Below, piece by piece: positions 40,789-54,711 of a stretch of 64,000 nucleotides of DNA. The notes beneath the pieces were generated by a model, which had not been told where the DNA came from, did no database searches, and saw only the letters and a list, made by a program, of their open reading frames with translations. The position numbers and the translations under genes were made by a program. How positions within the stretch are numbered: the first letter of the stretch is position 1; each line of letters opens with the position of its first letter. This DNA is from Paramecium tetraurelia (lineage: Eukaryota), in the NCBI GenBank assembly GCA_000165425.1, contig CT868074.1, positions 248,001 through 312,000 on the forward strand. Reading direction: 5' to 3'.

Positions 40789-41408
40789 CAGCTTCAGAGT
40801 TATTGATGTATTTTAATAATACGTAAAATATATATAATAAATAAATAACGAATTCCCAATTTCTCAATTTTACATAACACATCAATTAAAAATATATGTT
40901 GAGACAGTTAGATATTCTAAGGAATGGAACAGAATAATTTATTAAAAAAACTATTCTTAATAAATTGAATCTTAGGGATATTAATTTCAAAAAAATACTC
41001 CTTAGTCTTAACAAAAAAATTATGACTGACTCTATTTCTGTTTGTCGACTGGAATACCTCATTTATATTATCTTACCTTTATTTTTTGTTTATAAGAACA
41101 ACTCATGTAAATTCCTCATAATTTTCCAAAACATTTTATTTTATGTGTTGAAATCTATGAAATCAATAATAACAATCTCATGAATGATGGTCTTTTACGA
41201 TTTAATTCCATATAGATAGGATTGGTTTTAGCCTCTTGTTCCTGAATTACGGACTTAATTGATTTGGTGGATAAATAATGATTGGCAACACTTAAATTAA
41301 TAACTATTAATATTATTAAAAAATTAATTCAATTAGGAATATTTTATTGTTGAAAATTAATTATTAGTTAAGTTTAAGTCTAAGATAATCAAATAATATG
41401 GCATGAAT

Positions 41409-41846
41409 TCATTTATGATGTTAAGAGTTAGATCTGATCCTGTAAGAATTGTAAATAGTATCACTTTCATCATTTGAACTCCAAAATCTGAACCTTTTCT
41501 CAGGATGATGACATTGGGATAATGTAGTAGTTGTAGAGCTTGATTAATTACTCAATCTGACAATTGGATATGAATTTTCTTCAGCATCAAGTTCTCTTGG
41601 GGAACCCTAATCAAACAAAATTAAAAATAAATACAATTCAGAATCTCAAGAAGCCTTTCTTCTAGTTAATCTTATCCTTTGCACTTACAAACAGTTTAAT
41701 ATAAATTATTATCCTTCCTAATTAATAAATCTTTATAAAATTTAAAAAATACCCTTTACGTATCCTTTTTGCTCCATAGAAATCTGATTTCGTTAATACA
41801 TAGCCCATATTGCTGATAATATTTAACTTTCCAACGTAGTTGACAT
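41409..41846 (-). CDS. Small hypothetical protein
   Basis: MSTTLESQILSAIWAMYQRNQISMEQKGYVKDLLIRKD... with canonical tiny introns. The phase of the last exon could not be reconciled, so the end is uncertain. Confidence 0.45.
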
Positions 41847-42443
41847 ACTTAAAATTTTTAATATTTATATTAATTAAACCCTTATGATGTTATATATAAC
41901 TTATTATCTCATAATCAAATAGCTTCTATAATTAATCAATTGAAAATTAAAAGTATAAACATTTATATTTTTCTATAACTTTTTACATTTTATAAGTTAA
42001 AGGATTGATCACAATAATTGAGATGTATGTGCACTTTAAAATATAAAAGCAAAATTTAAGAGAGCCAACAGCTGAGTTGAGAGTGTTAACCAAAGGTGCT
42101 ATCAGAATAAGCTAATTATAATTAAGTATTAATAAAAATACATCTGATTTAGAAGAGAAAGGTATATATTGTATAAATTTTAAGGGTGATTTAAATTGAA
42201 AGAATTAGAAGAAATTAATATGAGGAGAAAAATGACACTTGAAAAATAAGCTAAAGGAATTCTGTAAATAAAAATTGAGAATGCCATATAAAGGCGAAAT
42301 TATTTTTTCTATTTTTAATATTTGAACTGAGAATATTTTTTCATTAGCACCATTAAAAATAAATAAGAATTTAAATAATTATTTGAGTATAAGTAAAACT
42401 GTAAAATATTAAAGACAGATGCAAGATAATATTTATGCAATAA

Positions 42444-43095
42444 TCAGAATCTAAAACTCGAAATATGAACAAATTTTGTTTAAGAGGTCTCTTAATTGTC
42501 CAACTATTCCAAACTAGAAGACTTAGAATTTAGACTTGATTTTTTAGAACTTGAATGATCGCCAAGGTCTTTACCAGAGTCCTAATTAAACTAGGTTTTA
42601 TACTGAACTCATGAATTCGTAATCATAAGGATGCTTAGAAGCTTAGAGATAAATTTTCCTTGCCCCCTCTTATTTTTTATAAATATAAAAATTTACTTAT
42701 ATCAATTGATTCTGATTCCGAATCGGATGGTTAATCAAAATATGATTAGATTTTCACCATTTATGTGAATGTACCTCCAAAAGAAAAAAGGACACTCTAT
42801 GATTAGTATCTGATTTATATAGCCCTATTTTCGCTCTATTCCCAAATAATTTCATCGCTCTCAATAATGACTGCTTTAAATTGTATCAAAGTATCTACTT
42901 TTTACATTTAAATTTACTTTATTCTAGGTCCTCATATACTTAACCTACCCAAAAAGGGTATATTTCATTATTGGTGTGCAAAATCAGACTATTAAATGGA
43001 TTCCACATGCCTAAGGCTTGAATGTCTCCAACGATTCTAAGTTCTTGAGATGAATGTGTCTCACATCTGACTTTAAAGTAGATTTATACAGGCAT
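42444..43095 (-). CDS. CBM20 (starch/glycogen-binding) domain protein, copy 1
   Basis: IYFKVRCETHSSQELRIVGDIQALGMWNP..YPFW..FKAVI..WEQSENR; Ser-rich tail; 3 introns. Confidence 0.85.
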
Positions 43096-43297
43096 ATAGT
43101 AAGATAATAAAATTAATGTAATCGTAAAAAAGATTGAAATTTAATAATAATTATATTGCCATTTAAAATGTGTGTTCTTAAAATAGACAATATTAATTGG
43201 TTTAGAATTTTCGATATCTAAGTTCTAAGAAATTTCTAAAATTTAAATTAATTTTGATTTTTGCATTAATTAGTAAATTATCAACACAAAGAGTATA

Positions 43298-43942
43298 TCA
43301 AGGATCGAGAAATCCAAATTAAAGTTGGCAATCTTGGGTATTTGATTATTTATTTGGACTACATTAATATTGCTCATTCGAAATCAATGAGGTTTCTTCA
43401 TCGTAAAATTATGAATTCTCATCGCTCTCTAATTCTTAATCCTAATCAATATGATTTAAAGTATTACTGAGTCTTCATCCGAGTCATACAATTTCTCTTG
43501 TAATTATATTGAAATCTTTCTTGCGTTGGCTAAATATAATTATGTAAAATACACTCAGTAATATTAGTTAAATCAGTATTTGAGAACAGTCTTCTGATAT
43601 TATGGATAATAAGGGGTTGTTAATCGAAAGTCAAGATCACTACCATCTTTTGGCTTAAGATTTGTATCAATCTGTTTGCTCCGATTTCCCATTAAAAATT
43701 TATTCCATCACTTATAACTATTTTGAACTCCAAAATTTCATCTAGCGATTAATACATAAACTACTTGGCTCAACTTCCAAAGCATCCTCATTCATCCAAA
43801 CTGGATAAGTATCCGGGCTAGTGCTCAATTTAAATCCATTTAAAGGATTCCAATTGCCTAATGCTGAATTGTTTCCAACTATTATTACAGTTTAAGAAAG
43901 TTAAGTTGGACACACAACACGAAATAAAACCTGTGCACTCAT
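43298..43942 (-). CDS. CBM20 domain protein, copy 2
   Basis: VLFRVVCPTQLSQTVIIVGNNSALGNWNP..YPVW..LEFKIVI..WEIGANR; acidic tail; 3 introns. Confidence 0.87.
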
Positions 43943-44251
43943 TTATCTTTTATTTTTTATATTAAAATTTAAGTTATTAATCCAAAAATATAAACCAAAA
44001 AGTGTGAAATTTTATTCCCCCTTCTTCATTTTACAAAACCGTCAAAATTATTTCTTATAAGAAAGATGAATTTTTAACTTGAATGTCACCCTACCAACCA
44101 TTACTCACTATTATAATACTAACTTGCATACCATCTACTATTTCAATGATGATCAACTTTTCCAAAAAACCAGAGGATAAGGTTCTGTTTATCTGATTAT
44201 GAAATTTTTGGAATATAAAAAATTATTTATTTTAATTACAAATTATAATAA

Positions 44252-45154
44252 ATGTAGGGAGATGAAAAAGAAGCCCAAATGAGTAAGTATAGAGAGCAGG
44301 TTATTCATGCTGAAACTTTGAATATGATGGCTAAATACTAATTAATATTTTTAAAGATGGAAATCTCTATGAGAAAAGTAGCACTAATACTCAAATTAAA
44401 GTAATACTAACTGTTAATAGTAGAGGAAACTAATAAAAATTTTATGCCTTTAGAAAACTCAAGAAAACTAGCTCTTATAGTGCTAATCATTTTAAAGTGT
44501 TATTTACTTAAATAGCATTGAAATTTTAATAAGTTGGAATGATTATTCAAAAAAGATAAAAAAGGAATTTACATCATGCTTTCTTAAAAGTTCGCTTATT
44601 ATTTCCCAAAAATAAAAATGATAAAATAAGAAGATCTTTTTTATAAGTTATTGCTTCAAAAGAGGCTGAAATTAAAAATCTATAAATCAAGGAGCAAGAA
44701 ATCACAGAAAACATAACCAATTAAAAGTTAAAAGAATAAGAACTCTAATCAAAATTAAAATAAAAAGAATTGCTCTTGACACAGCTTGAAAATGAATTAA
44801 GAAAAAATTCAGCTAATAAGACTCTTGATTCAAAAGTATTTAATGATTATATTAAGTTACGAAATTTAGAAGTTGAAAATTAAGAGATGTAGGATCGCAT
44901 AATGGGCACAGAAGATTCTGTTAGTCTCTTCATAAGAGAAATGAATGATATGTTGGATGGTCATGAAATCAGTACAAATTTAGGTAAATTTTATCGACTA
45001 ACAGATAGGGATAGACTCAGATGAAAATTAGTCTTATGAATAACCCCCTTAAGTTATAGAATATTAAAGCCAACGTTTGAATTAAAATTCAAGACAACAA
45101 AAATCTAAGAACTTTTACTCTAATTAATTGACAAGGAGTACTAAAATTAATTGA
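44252..45154 (+). CDS. Coiled-coil hypothetical protein
   Basis: Open E/K/Q-rich frame from MQGDEKEAQMSKYREQV with three tiny introns, ending TRSTKIN*. Confidence 0.72.
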
Positions 45155-45170
45155 AATATCAATTCCAAAT

Positions 45171-45975
45171 TCAAAATAACTATTATTTTATTTTTTTATC
45201 TTGTTGGTAAATTTTATTGTACTATTGGTTCAATAATATTGAATAATTGTTAACTTAGGTTTTTGGTTTTGATTTATTGCTATTCATCGCCTCTAACAGT
45301 TCTTTTTCTTATTTCTTATTTCTCCCCTAAACTGCCAATTTAATTGCTTGTTAATTCTATAATTTAAGCATCTCATTTTCTTATTCTAACTATGATAATT
45401 TGAAATTTATAGAATCGTTAGGATTTAATGTTATCATATGTTTTAATTCCTAAATTTTCATTTTCTAGTGCTAATATGGTATTTTCGTATTGATTTATTT
45501 TCATTTCATAACTCTATTTGATGGTTTTTATCTAAAAACTGTAATGAAAATAAATACTTCAGCCTCTTTCAATTTTAAAGTTTGAATGCTTTCTGAAATA
45601 CATTCATCTATAGCTTTTATGATAATCTAACAGTCTTCAATCGAAAATTATTATCCAGCAATAATTTTTGATAAAAATTTTTGAAGTTCGTTCTATAAGG
45701 CTAATTCAAATTATCTTTTTTGAATTGTAACATTAATCTAATTTGGAAATTACTCCTCTTCTAACTCATCTAAAATGTTGCTTTGCTAACTATAACTTTT
45801 TTATCTGCTCTTGTTACTCATTATTGTTGTATAATTATTGCAATATGAACCATCAAATGATTGATTGTGTTCTGATCTAGATTTATAACTATTATCTTTT
45901 ACGAATTTAGGACCTATTTAGGATTATAGAAAATATCTAACCTGAAGATTGATTTGAACTTTTTTTCAAAGACAT
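45171..45975 (-). CDS. Hypothetical protein
   Basis: Continuous table-6 frame from MSLKKSSNQSS with two GT..AG introns, ending QQLF*. Confidence 0.65.
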
Positions 45976-46292
45976 GGTAACTATGAAATAATGAATAAAT
46001 TTAAAATAGTTAAGATTGTTATTGCATTTTGAAGTTTATAAATACTAGATTTAATTATTCTTTATGGAAATATCTAATATCAGAAGAGATACTCAATAAG
46101 TATAGGATAGTATACTATAACAAATTTAAAACTGTCAATTCAAATTATAAAGATAATCCATTTTTTGATTAAAAAAAGGAAATATTATAAAATGGAGTTA
46201 AGATAATTATTAATATTAATACATATAATTATAAATCATCTATAATAGTTGTAGGTTAATAATTCTAAATAAAAAGTTAATTAATTTTATCA

Positions 46293-48962
46293 TCATTTAT
46301 TAAATAGATTCCTAAAACTACGATTTATTGCTTTATAAGCTTTTAACTATACTAATGATTTTTGAATTTATTGATTAGCATCTTTAATTACTTTTTCTTT
46401 TTTTTTCTATCTTCTGTCCATATTTAGCAATCTCATTTATTCAAAATTCAATTCGACATTATTGTTTCTATTTTTGAGTTCTGCATCCATTTCTAATTTA
46501 TAACAATAGTATTGAGAATAATTTTGAAATTCTTCAATACCAAATAGTGTTTCAATTTCAATTATTTTAGGAAATCCTTTATCTTAAGCTCGTAGATATT
46601 AAGCTAGAACAGTAGAAAAGTTTCCTTCGGGATAAAAGTGAGTATATTCTTAAATAGAATCAAAATTTGAAATGGAACTAAGATGCAACTATTTAAATTT
46701 TTCTTCCATTTCTTTTTTTTTTGTTTTTAAAATCAAATTGTCTATTTTTTCTGTTAGACCTCCTAAATACTTTTCACTAATTGATGTATATGTAACTACA
46801 TGAGTGATTTTTCGAGTCATTTTGCCATTCAAATATTTGATACTTTTTATCCTACTTTTTTATTTGAGATTATAGATTTGATATTCAGGATATTAGGTAT
46901 CTAACATATCTTCTTCTGCTACATTATAACTATTAAGAAGATCTTCTAAATATGTCTTTCTTTTCACGTTTAGATTGATTAATTTAGATGCTTCGAATCG
47001 TTGTTATGCCTATTTGATTTAGGATATACATTTCCTTGCATTAAAATCAATTCTATCCCTTCGAAAATAAGCTGCTTGATGCAATTTATCGAATTATTTT
47101 AGGAATTTGATAAAGTGTGTGGCTGATCTAAGATAAAAATTAATTTTACACATTAAAATGGTAACTTCTCACACGTTCTCTGGCAATATGATCATCCATT
47201 AAACAAATATAACATCGTACACCTATAGATCCATAATCCTTATGAAACACTATCTTATTTCTAATCCGCCTCCAATCCAANNNNNNNNNNNATTTCTAAT
47301 CAGATAATACTATTGTAGATCGTAAATTCGTCCTTATGAGTTTTATGAAGAATCTTAAAATTCCTTTAGACTTTTTTAAAATTAGTCTTAATAAATTTAA
47401 AATATGCTTGAGAAATTAATACTCCTTGAACTTGCAGATCTTGGCATATTTGAATAAAAACTTATTTCACCAAAATATTCATTCCTCCTTTTTTGATCAA
47501 CAACGATACCAGTTTTTTTATAAAAAATATCAACTAATCCTGTTTTGATAATGAACATATCATAATTTTATTAGAAATCAAATTCATCGAAAATAACTTC
47601 TTCTGGATTGTATACTCTTTCTTTCATACTTGGCAAGACAACCTCAATTAGAAATTATTAAGAATGGTTCTTCAACAAGATATCGCAATACCCAAGCAAT
47701 TTTCCATTTACTTATTTCCTTAAATCATTAGCTAATTCAATTTAAACTTAATTAGTTAAATCTTATAATACTAAAGATTTCGATTCCATAACAAATTCAA
47801 TATATCGTCTAATTCTATTCTATAATTGATTAGATATGCCTGCCTTTTTCATAAACCTATTTATGCCATTAATCTTTTCTTTTTTCAACTTATTCTGTCC
47901 ATCAATTTCTTGTAGAGCAAATCCTATAGAATTCATAGTAAAAGCAAAGCCACCACAGGCAATCAGTAAAAGCACGATTCCAATGAATCTCTCTTGCGGA
48001 GTTTAGGGACTTATGTCTCCATAACCCACTGTAGTCATTGTGGCTATTCCCCAATACAAAGAATTAACATATCGAATTGACCAATCAGCAAAATAGATAT
48101 CTCCAAGCCATGAGTCATCACTTGGCTCTTATTATGCAAGATAATGAAAGATGCAACCAAGAATATGAGCAAAAAACAACACAAAAAAAAATAACTTACA
48201 AAAATTGACTATTGCAGCCACTCCAGGCCTCATTGACAATACTTCATCAAATTTATCTATTATCTTTTTTAGCTTTGCCAATCTTACTAATTTTAACACT
48301 TTCACAAACCTCAAAAATTTCAGTAACCTAATTAATTTAGCACTTTAGACTAACGAAGACGATTCATCCATTATTATATCATAAGGAAATGTAGAAATGA
48401 AATCTATCCAAAACCAAAAACTTATATAGTCTTTAAATATTTCCTTCCTTTCCATATTTAGTTTACCCTCTAAATAGACACCTGTGTTAAAATTGAGTAG
48501 AATATCAAATACAAACATAGCTGTACTTACTCGTGAAAATGCCTAACTCAACTCTATTTCAAAACTAATCAATAAAGGAATTGTTATCATCTCATAAATC
48601 ACTAATAATAAGCATAAGAGGTCCCATAACATTTTCATTGACCCATCTGGACTAAAAGTGTAAGGTTATTTGAGTGTTACTAATTATTTTATTTTGTTGT
48701 AAAATCTACGAAATCGAATGACCATGCGATCCCAATTGAAATTAAATTTTCTCCTCATAGTATGCTTTGCCGACAACAATCTTCTTTTATAACGATTTTG
48801 ACCTTAGAGTCGTCTCTCTTTAATTTTATAACCTTCTAATGGATTAGCATCTTAATCATAATCAGATCCACTAGTAATTGCATCATCCGCTAAGAATTTA
48901 TATTATCTTTTTGTTAAGACATCTTTCTTCTAACTTTGAATGAATTACACATATAATTCCAT
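46293..48962 (-). CDS. Cyclic-nucleotide-binding-domain K+ channel (KCNH/EAG-like)
   Basis: WDLLCL, S4 KLIRLLKFLRFVKVLKLVRLAKL, pore YVNSLYWGIATMTTVGYGDISP, CNBD YFGEISFYSNMPRSASS. Spans an N gap. Confidence 0.93.
47281..47291. other. Assembly gap (11 N) inside the K+ channel gene
   Basis: Run of n characters. Confidence 1.
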
Positions 48963-49237
48963 TATAAATAATAAATAAATTCATTCAAAATCTAAGTTTC
49001 ATCTTTTTTTGATTTTATCTCTTAATAATCTACAATTTCACAAAATCCATATGAGTATTTTATTTTTTCAGTAGTGTTTATTTACATTTGGATGGGCAAA
49101 AAAAAATTAATAAAATAAGTTTAGATCTTAGCCTTTTATAAAAGTATAATTTTCATTCTTAATCAAAATACATGCAAGAATTCCCTTAAAACGCTATTTC
49201 TATTCTTTAATTTTATGACTATTTTATTATAATATTA

Positions 49238-50292
49238 ATGAATATTGATCTAATTAAAGTTATTGAGAAAAATTAACAAAAACTGGAATAACATAACCAA
49301 AAGCTGTCTGCCTAAGCAAAAGATGCTTGTGCATTAGTATTGGATTAAAAATTAATAGACTATAATTTACGGGCATGGTCATTTTAAGAACAGTAGTATG
49401 GAAAGAAGTTATGTAAGTACAAAAAAATCAACAAAATAAAATTCTGTAGTTCCCAATAAATCTGAACTCTCTCGTCTTATCGATTCGGTAAGAATACTAT
49501 TTGACCTTCAAGTCCTCTCCAATCTCTATAAAATAGTCACATTTAGATCATGTTGCCTCACTCAGTCCAAATAGGGATGATTTGACTAGAATTAGAATGG
49601 AGAATGCTGCTTTAAAGGAGTAAATGAATTCTAAAGAGAAGTATATTGATTAATTGGACAAAACAATAATTGCGTTAAAAAAAGAGAAGAATCTCATGAT
49701 CTAATAATATTAAAATATCATCAATCGTATAACTAAAGATGTAGAAATTGGTAAGAAAAATGCAGGCAATGTTGAGTAAGCACTTTCGGAATAAATCAAA
49801 TTTTTAGAATCAAACTTAGAAAAAAATTAGAATAACGATTTTAGAATAAAGGAAATGGAATCCACTATGTAGGTCCTTATTTTAGAAAATGAATAATTAA
49901 AACAACAGAAAAAAGATGATTCTAAATGGTTAAGAGAATTGTAGGAATAATTTGAAATATTTTATTCAAAAAGCCAAGAAACTAAATATAAAATAGAGGA
50001 CACAAAATATTTCATTTAAAAACTCTCTGAAGTCAACTAACATTTAATTAACAAGTAAGCACTTCCATTAGAATTCTTTGTTTAGATTAATCAATTACAA
50101 AAATAATAAAAAGTTGATCCTATACCACTCCCAAAAGGAAGTTCTTTGAAACTGATCTTTGCTTAGGTCTTCTCATTACAAATAGAAACATTAGTAAACT
50201 TAAATTAAATATTAAAAGAGACTAAAATGTAAGTTGAAAAATTCTCTAATTAATACATTTCTTAAGTTGGCTTGCAGTTGGTTTCTTTATGA
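49238..50292 (+). CDS. Coiled-coil hypothetical protein
   Basis: MNIDLIKVIEKNQQKLEQHNQ...DDLTRIRMENAALKEQMNSKEKYIDQLDK..., ends QLVSL*. Confidence 0.72.
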
Positions 50293-51450
50293 TTAAATTA
50301 TTCAAAAAAAATAATATTATGTAATTTATCTTGAACATTTGTTTAATAACTTCTCTCAAATGAAATTACTTTACTTCATGTTTAATGATTTGATTTTTAA
50401 TTTTATTATTGAAACCATTTTTCCTAAATATTTGGGCATGATTTCATCTAAAAATTTTTAATCAGGCCTAATTGAAGATAAATTTGTTATAAAAAGTTGT
50501 TTTTATTTCAATAGAATCATGTTTATGAAAACACAAAAAGACTACTAAAGGGATTGGGATCAGAAAAACTAGATTTAAGGATTTGCATGCTTCGATAAAG
50601 GATTAAGATAAATATCAGGTAATAAGTAAAAAAAATAATATATTAACAAATTCGGTTTACAATTTTCTTCCTCTTTAATAGTTTAAACTCAATAGTTACG
50701 AAAGAGAAAAAATTTAAAAGCAAAATAGCATTGTTAACTCTAATAATTTTGTTATAAAAAAATATCAAATAAAATTAGAACTCTTTGAAATTTAATAATG
50801 ACAATATTATAGAGAGTTAATATGAAATATTATTATGACCATGATGAAAATAAAAGTTTACACAATCAACATGTTTATAAAGCAATTACTATCAATCAAA
50901 ACTTCCTATATTGATAAAAATTTAGAAACATTATTGTTTCCAAATTTTTTAAATGAATTTATTTTAATCTTTAAGATAATCATTTACAAAAATTAATAAA
51001 ATTAAATGGATTAGGAATATTACAACTCATAAATTATGAATTAAAATATCATTTTAATTGGAAGTATTGACGAAGTATAATCTGACATATTTTAATTTGA
51101 ACAACACAAATTTGAATCAAAAAGTTAATTAATTTAAATTCAACATTTTATATCAGCTTTGCTTATATTAAATAGTTTAATTGCTTTTCAAAGCCTTCCC
51201 TTTCATATTTTTAAAGTCACATTTATAAACGATCTTACTTAAACATAACTGATTAAATATTAATGAACGAATCTACTTTTCATCACCAATATTCATAATG
51301 AAATCAATCTTTCCAAATAATATTGATAATTTTTACTCAAATATTTACTATGATATTAATTAATTATATATATAAATTATGAAAATTAATTATTTTGATT
51401 AAAATTCATTGTTAGATATTAATTAAAATATTTAATATCAGGGAATTGTA

Positions 51451-53060
51451 ATGATTGGCAAAATTGCTTAAATTCGCTAATTAACTATGAAAAGTAAAAT
51501 CATTTTATTCAATGTGCTTACTCTTGTGGTAGTCCTTTCAGTTGTATGGATAAATTACTATATTTAAACATAAATTTTTTCTTCAATATCCCTTAGTTCA
51601 ATATATCATATACTTTAGGAATAGGATAAAGATAAGATTGGCTTTATTGCGTAAAATGTAGCATTAATCATCGAACTGAAATTTATGTCAAGTTTCAATT
51701 TAATCTAATTAATTAGTTCTTTCATAAATGGAATAAATGAAGCAATTTTATATTTTTTTTGAAAAAGAAAAAAATAATATAGTAAATAATTAAAAAATGG
51801 ATCCTTGCGTAACAATGGAGGATTTTTTTAAAAACAATTTGACCCTCTACACGCCTAAATTTTGCTATTAAGCAATAGGAGTTCCTGATTATGTTACTCT
51901 ACCTTAAAATGAAACAGGAGTTTTAATTCTGCATGATTTTATCTCTCTTTTAAATCATTATAGTTTGGCTTTGGATGTTTCTTATAGTGGGATGATACAA
52001 ATATCGTCAGTATCAAAAACAAAATATTTTAGTCAATTTCCTATCTGTCTTTTACTACCCTGGTTTGATATTACTTCATTGCCATGGTATAATAATAGTT
52101 ATAATAGGTATTAAAATCATTTGTAAATAACATAAGAAAATTAATAAGAGGGCTTTATTTTCTCGCCTTTAAACGATTTTTTCATAACCAAGATTAAGGA
52201 AATGTCAATTACAAGTTCGCTTTATCATGATGGTCAAATGATAGGAATTATTAGGGAAGGCTTAATAATTAGTGAATATTTGATACCTTATGTGCCATAT
52301 AATGTTTTATTATTAGATTAAGAAGGTTTAGTCGTATATTTTAACATTGAATAACTCAGAAATAAGACAGATTATTTTTACATATATGATTAAAATGTTA
52401 CTGGTTTTAATACTACTGATTGGGAAGAAATGATTCAGTTTTCAAATTAAAGGGAAAAAGTAATATTGGTTTTAGAGAATAAATTATAATAAGAAAAAGT
52501 CAATGTTTATTCTCTTGAGGTGTTAAAGAATAATTTCACGCTTATTGTGTATTATTATTATTTATGTAAGTTACACTAATATCACTACAAAAGTAGATTA
52601 GTAGAACAAATCTACAGCAATAAGAGAAACATCATTCTTTAATTTTACAATCTCATTTTTCGCATAAATATTTTTAGGATTTATAGCTATAATACTTTAA
52701 ATCTTTGTATTATTAATAGTATTTAAGCCTTTAAGATAATTTAATTCAATTATTAAAAAATATAAATTATATTAGGGTAATAATGTTAATAGTGAAATAT
52801 TTAAGATGATTCATAACCATACAAATAAGTCAGATGCCTTAACCACTCTATAAAATAAAATCCTCAATTTCTCTTAAATCCTATCAGAAAGATAAGGAAA
52901 GAAGTGTGAAATGTGCAAAATTTGGGAAGCCTTTGCTTATAATGAAAATGATGCTCAATTAAATCTTGATCAGGTTAAGAAACAAATTTAATAGTTATAA
53001 AATGGAATGCAAGAATTCGAACCGAAAATGTTAAAAATTATAAAATAAGGAATTAAATGA
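51451..53060 (+). CDS. Cache-like extracellular domain two-TM protein (frameshifted in a T-run)
   Basis: TM1 IILFNVLTLVVVLSVVWINYYI, FDITSLPWY motif, LLDQEGLVV, TM2 IIFLGFIAIILQIFVLLIVFKPL. In-frame TGA at 51760-51762, with the rest of the gene in the +1 frame. Confidence 0.6.
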
Positions 53061-53077
53061 CTATAAATAATATATTT

Positions 53078-54426
53078 ATGAATTAAAGTATTTTTTTATT
53101 TAAAAAAGAAAAATAAAGAGAAGCTCTAAGAAAATAAAGAAATGAGAATGAATTTAGAATAAGTCGTTTCTTACCAAATTTTTGTTAAAAAGGAAAAATT
53201 TCATCAATTTTATTGAGTTTTCACACTTCAATAGAATAATCAAGTAAAATGATATTGAACAATGATGAATTAATGATGAAAGTTTATAAGAATTAATAAA
53301 ACAAACATGCTTTATTACTTTTGTCGAATATTTCAGCTTCAGAATCATCAAATAGTGTAGATAGATTGATAAAAGAATAATACTTGCATTTGAAATTTCT
53401 TGAAATTATCTAATCAAAGTAGAGTAATATCTATTAACTACAATATGCTTGTGAAGGTTTAACAAATCTGTTGAATTCCAAAATTAATATATAATCAGAA
53501 TTGATAGATTTGCTTAATTAGGACCTAATTACTTCGATTATAAAGTTAAGAGAATAAATAGATGAAAATTAATTAATAGATAAAGATAGTATGCTTTATT
53601 TATGCCTTAGTATTTTGATTAAAATTTAAACTTATCAACTCTAAAATTATGTATCAAAACCATAACTCATAGACTTATTTATTATGAATATAAATTGGTT
53701 CGAAAGAAATATTTAAGTATCTTGTGAAAATATTATATTGATATGTTCAGACATAGAAGGGTTGGTTGATTTGATAGATGATTAAAAATTAAATTCAATA
53801 GTCGATTGTGCAATATATTCATTATAAAATAGATAATATGATACTACATATTGGATTTTAACAGCATTAAATACACTTGTTGCTTTTTCATACTGTGATT
53901 AAAAGATTTTAGGAATAGCGAAAAATTCAAAAGTTACATCATTGCTAAAAATGATTTTTGAAAGAATTTAAGAATAATAAATATTTTTACTTGAAGTTAG
54001 TTTAGAAGTATTAATTGTATAATAATCTAGTTTATTTATAAATCTCTGCAGTTCTCAGGAGTAGAGATTAGATTCTGTTTCTTAAAATACTTGAAAGAGA
54101 TTTAAGACTTAATTGAATTTAAGGTTCAAAATTCTTTGCTGGTTTTGTGTAGTTTTATACTTGTCATTCTATGTGAGTAACTAGATTAAGAAGAATCAGG
54201 TCATATTATATCATTACAATTTGAAATTCTGTTACATTTAAATGAACAGCATTTAACTGATGAAATTATAGAGATTTTAACAAATATTTGGAATTTACTT
54301 GATTAAAATATTTATAAATTAAGTAGGAAACAAAAGGTTTTATTAGAAATGTTATCAGAGTCAAAAAATGAAATGATTTCCCAATTAGCAATTAATATGA
54401 CAGGCATTTAAAATTCAATATCATGA
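53078..54426 (+). CDS. Divergent importin-alpha-like / ARM-repeat protein
   Basis: IBB-like KKEKQREALRKQRNENEFRISR, ARM-like ALLLLSNISAS, ACEGLTNLL, LFINLCS; ends NSIS*. Confidence 0.6.
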
Positions 54427-54711
54427 AATAAATTAGTTATTACTTTAACAAGATATTATATTATTTAGAAAGTTCTTAAATCTACTAATATCTTTGAATA
54501 ATTAATTCTCTTTAGATTCATGATATATTTAAATCCTTTTTATTTACTAATTTGAATATTTTCTGTTAGATAAATAAACTCTTTATTAAAATAATTTAAG
54601 TTTCTTAATTCTTAATCTTTAAATTCATTAAAGAATTTAAAAGATTGCCTATATTTAAAAGGAGAATATGATTGGGTAAAATTAAATTATTAAATTCATT
54701 GCTATTAGAAT

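Noticed and set aside
40850..41300. Coding-like minus-strand fragment after ODC
   Set aside because: No start or coherent frame, and no recognisable motif.
42020..42440. Short + strand ORF with an apparent intron
   Set aside because: The spliced frame stops immediately; no domain evidence.
50300..51450. Long AT-rich gap considered as a retained IES or transposon
   Set aside because: No terminal inverted repeats, transposase remnants or interrupted flanking gene could be identified; TA boundaries are uninformative here.
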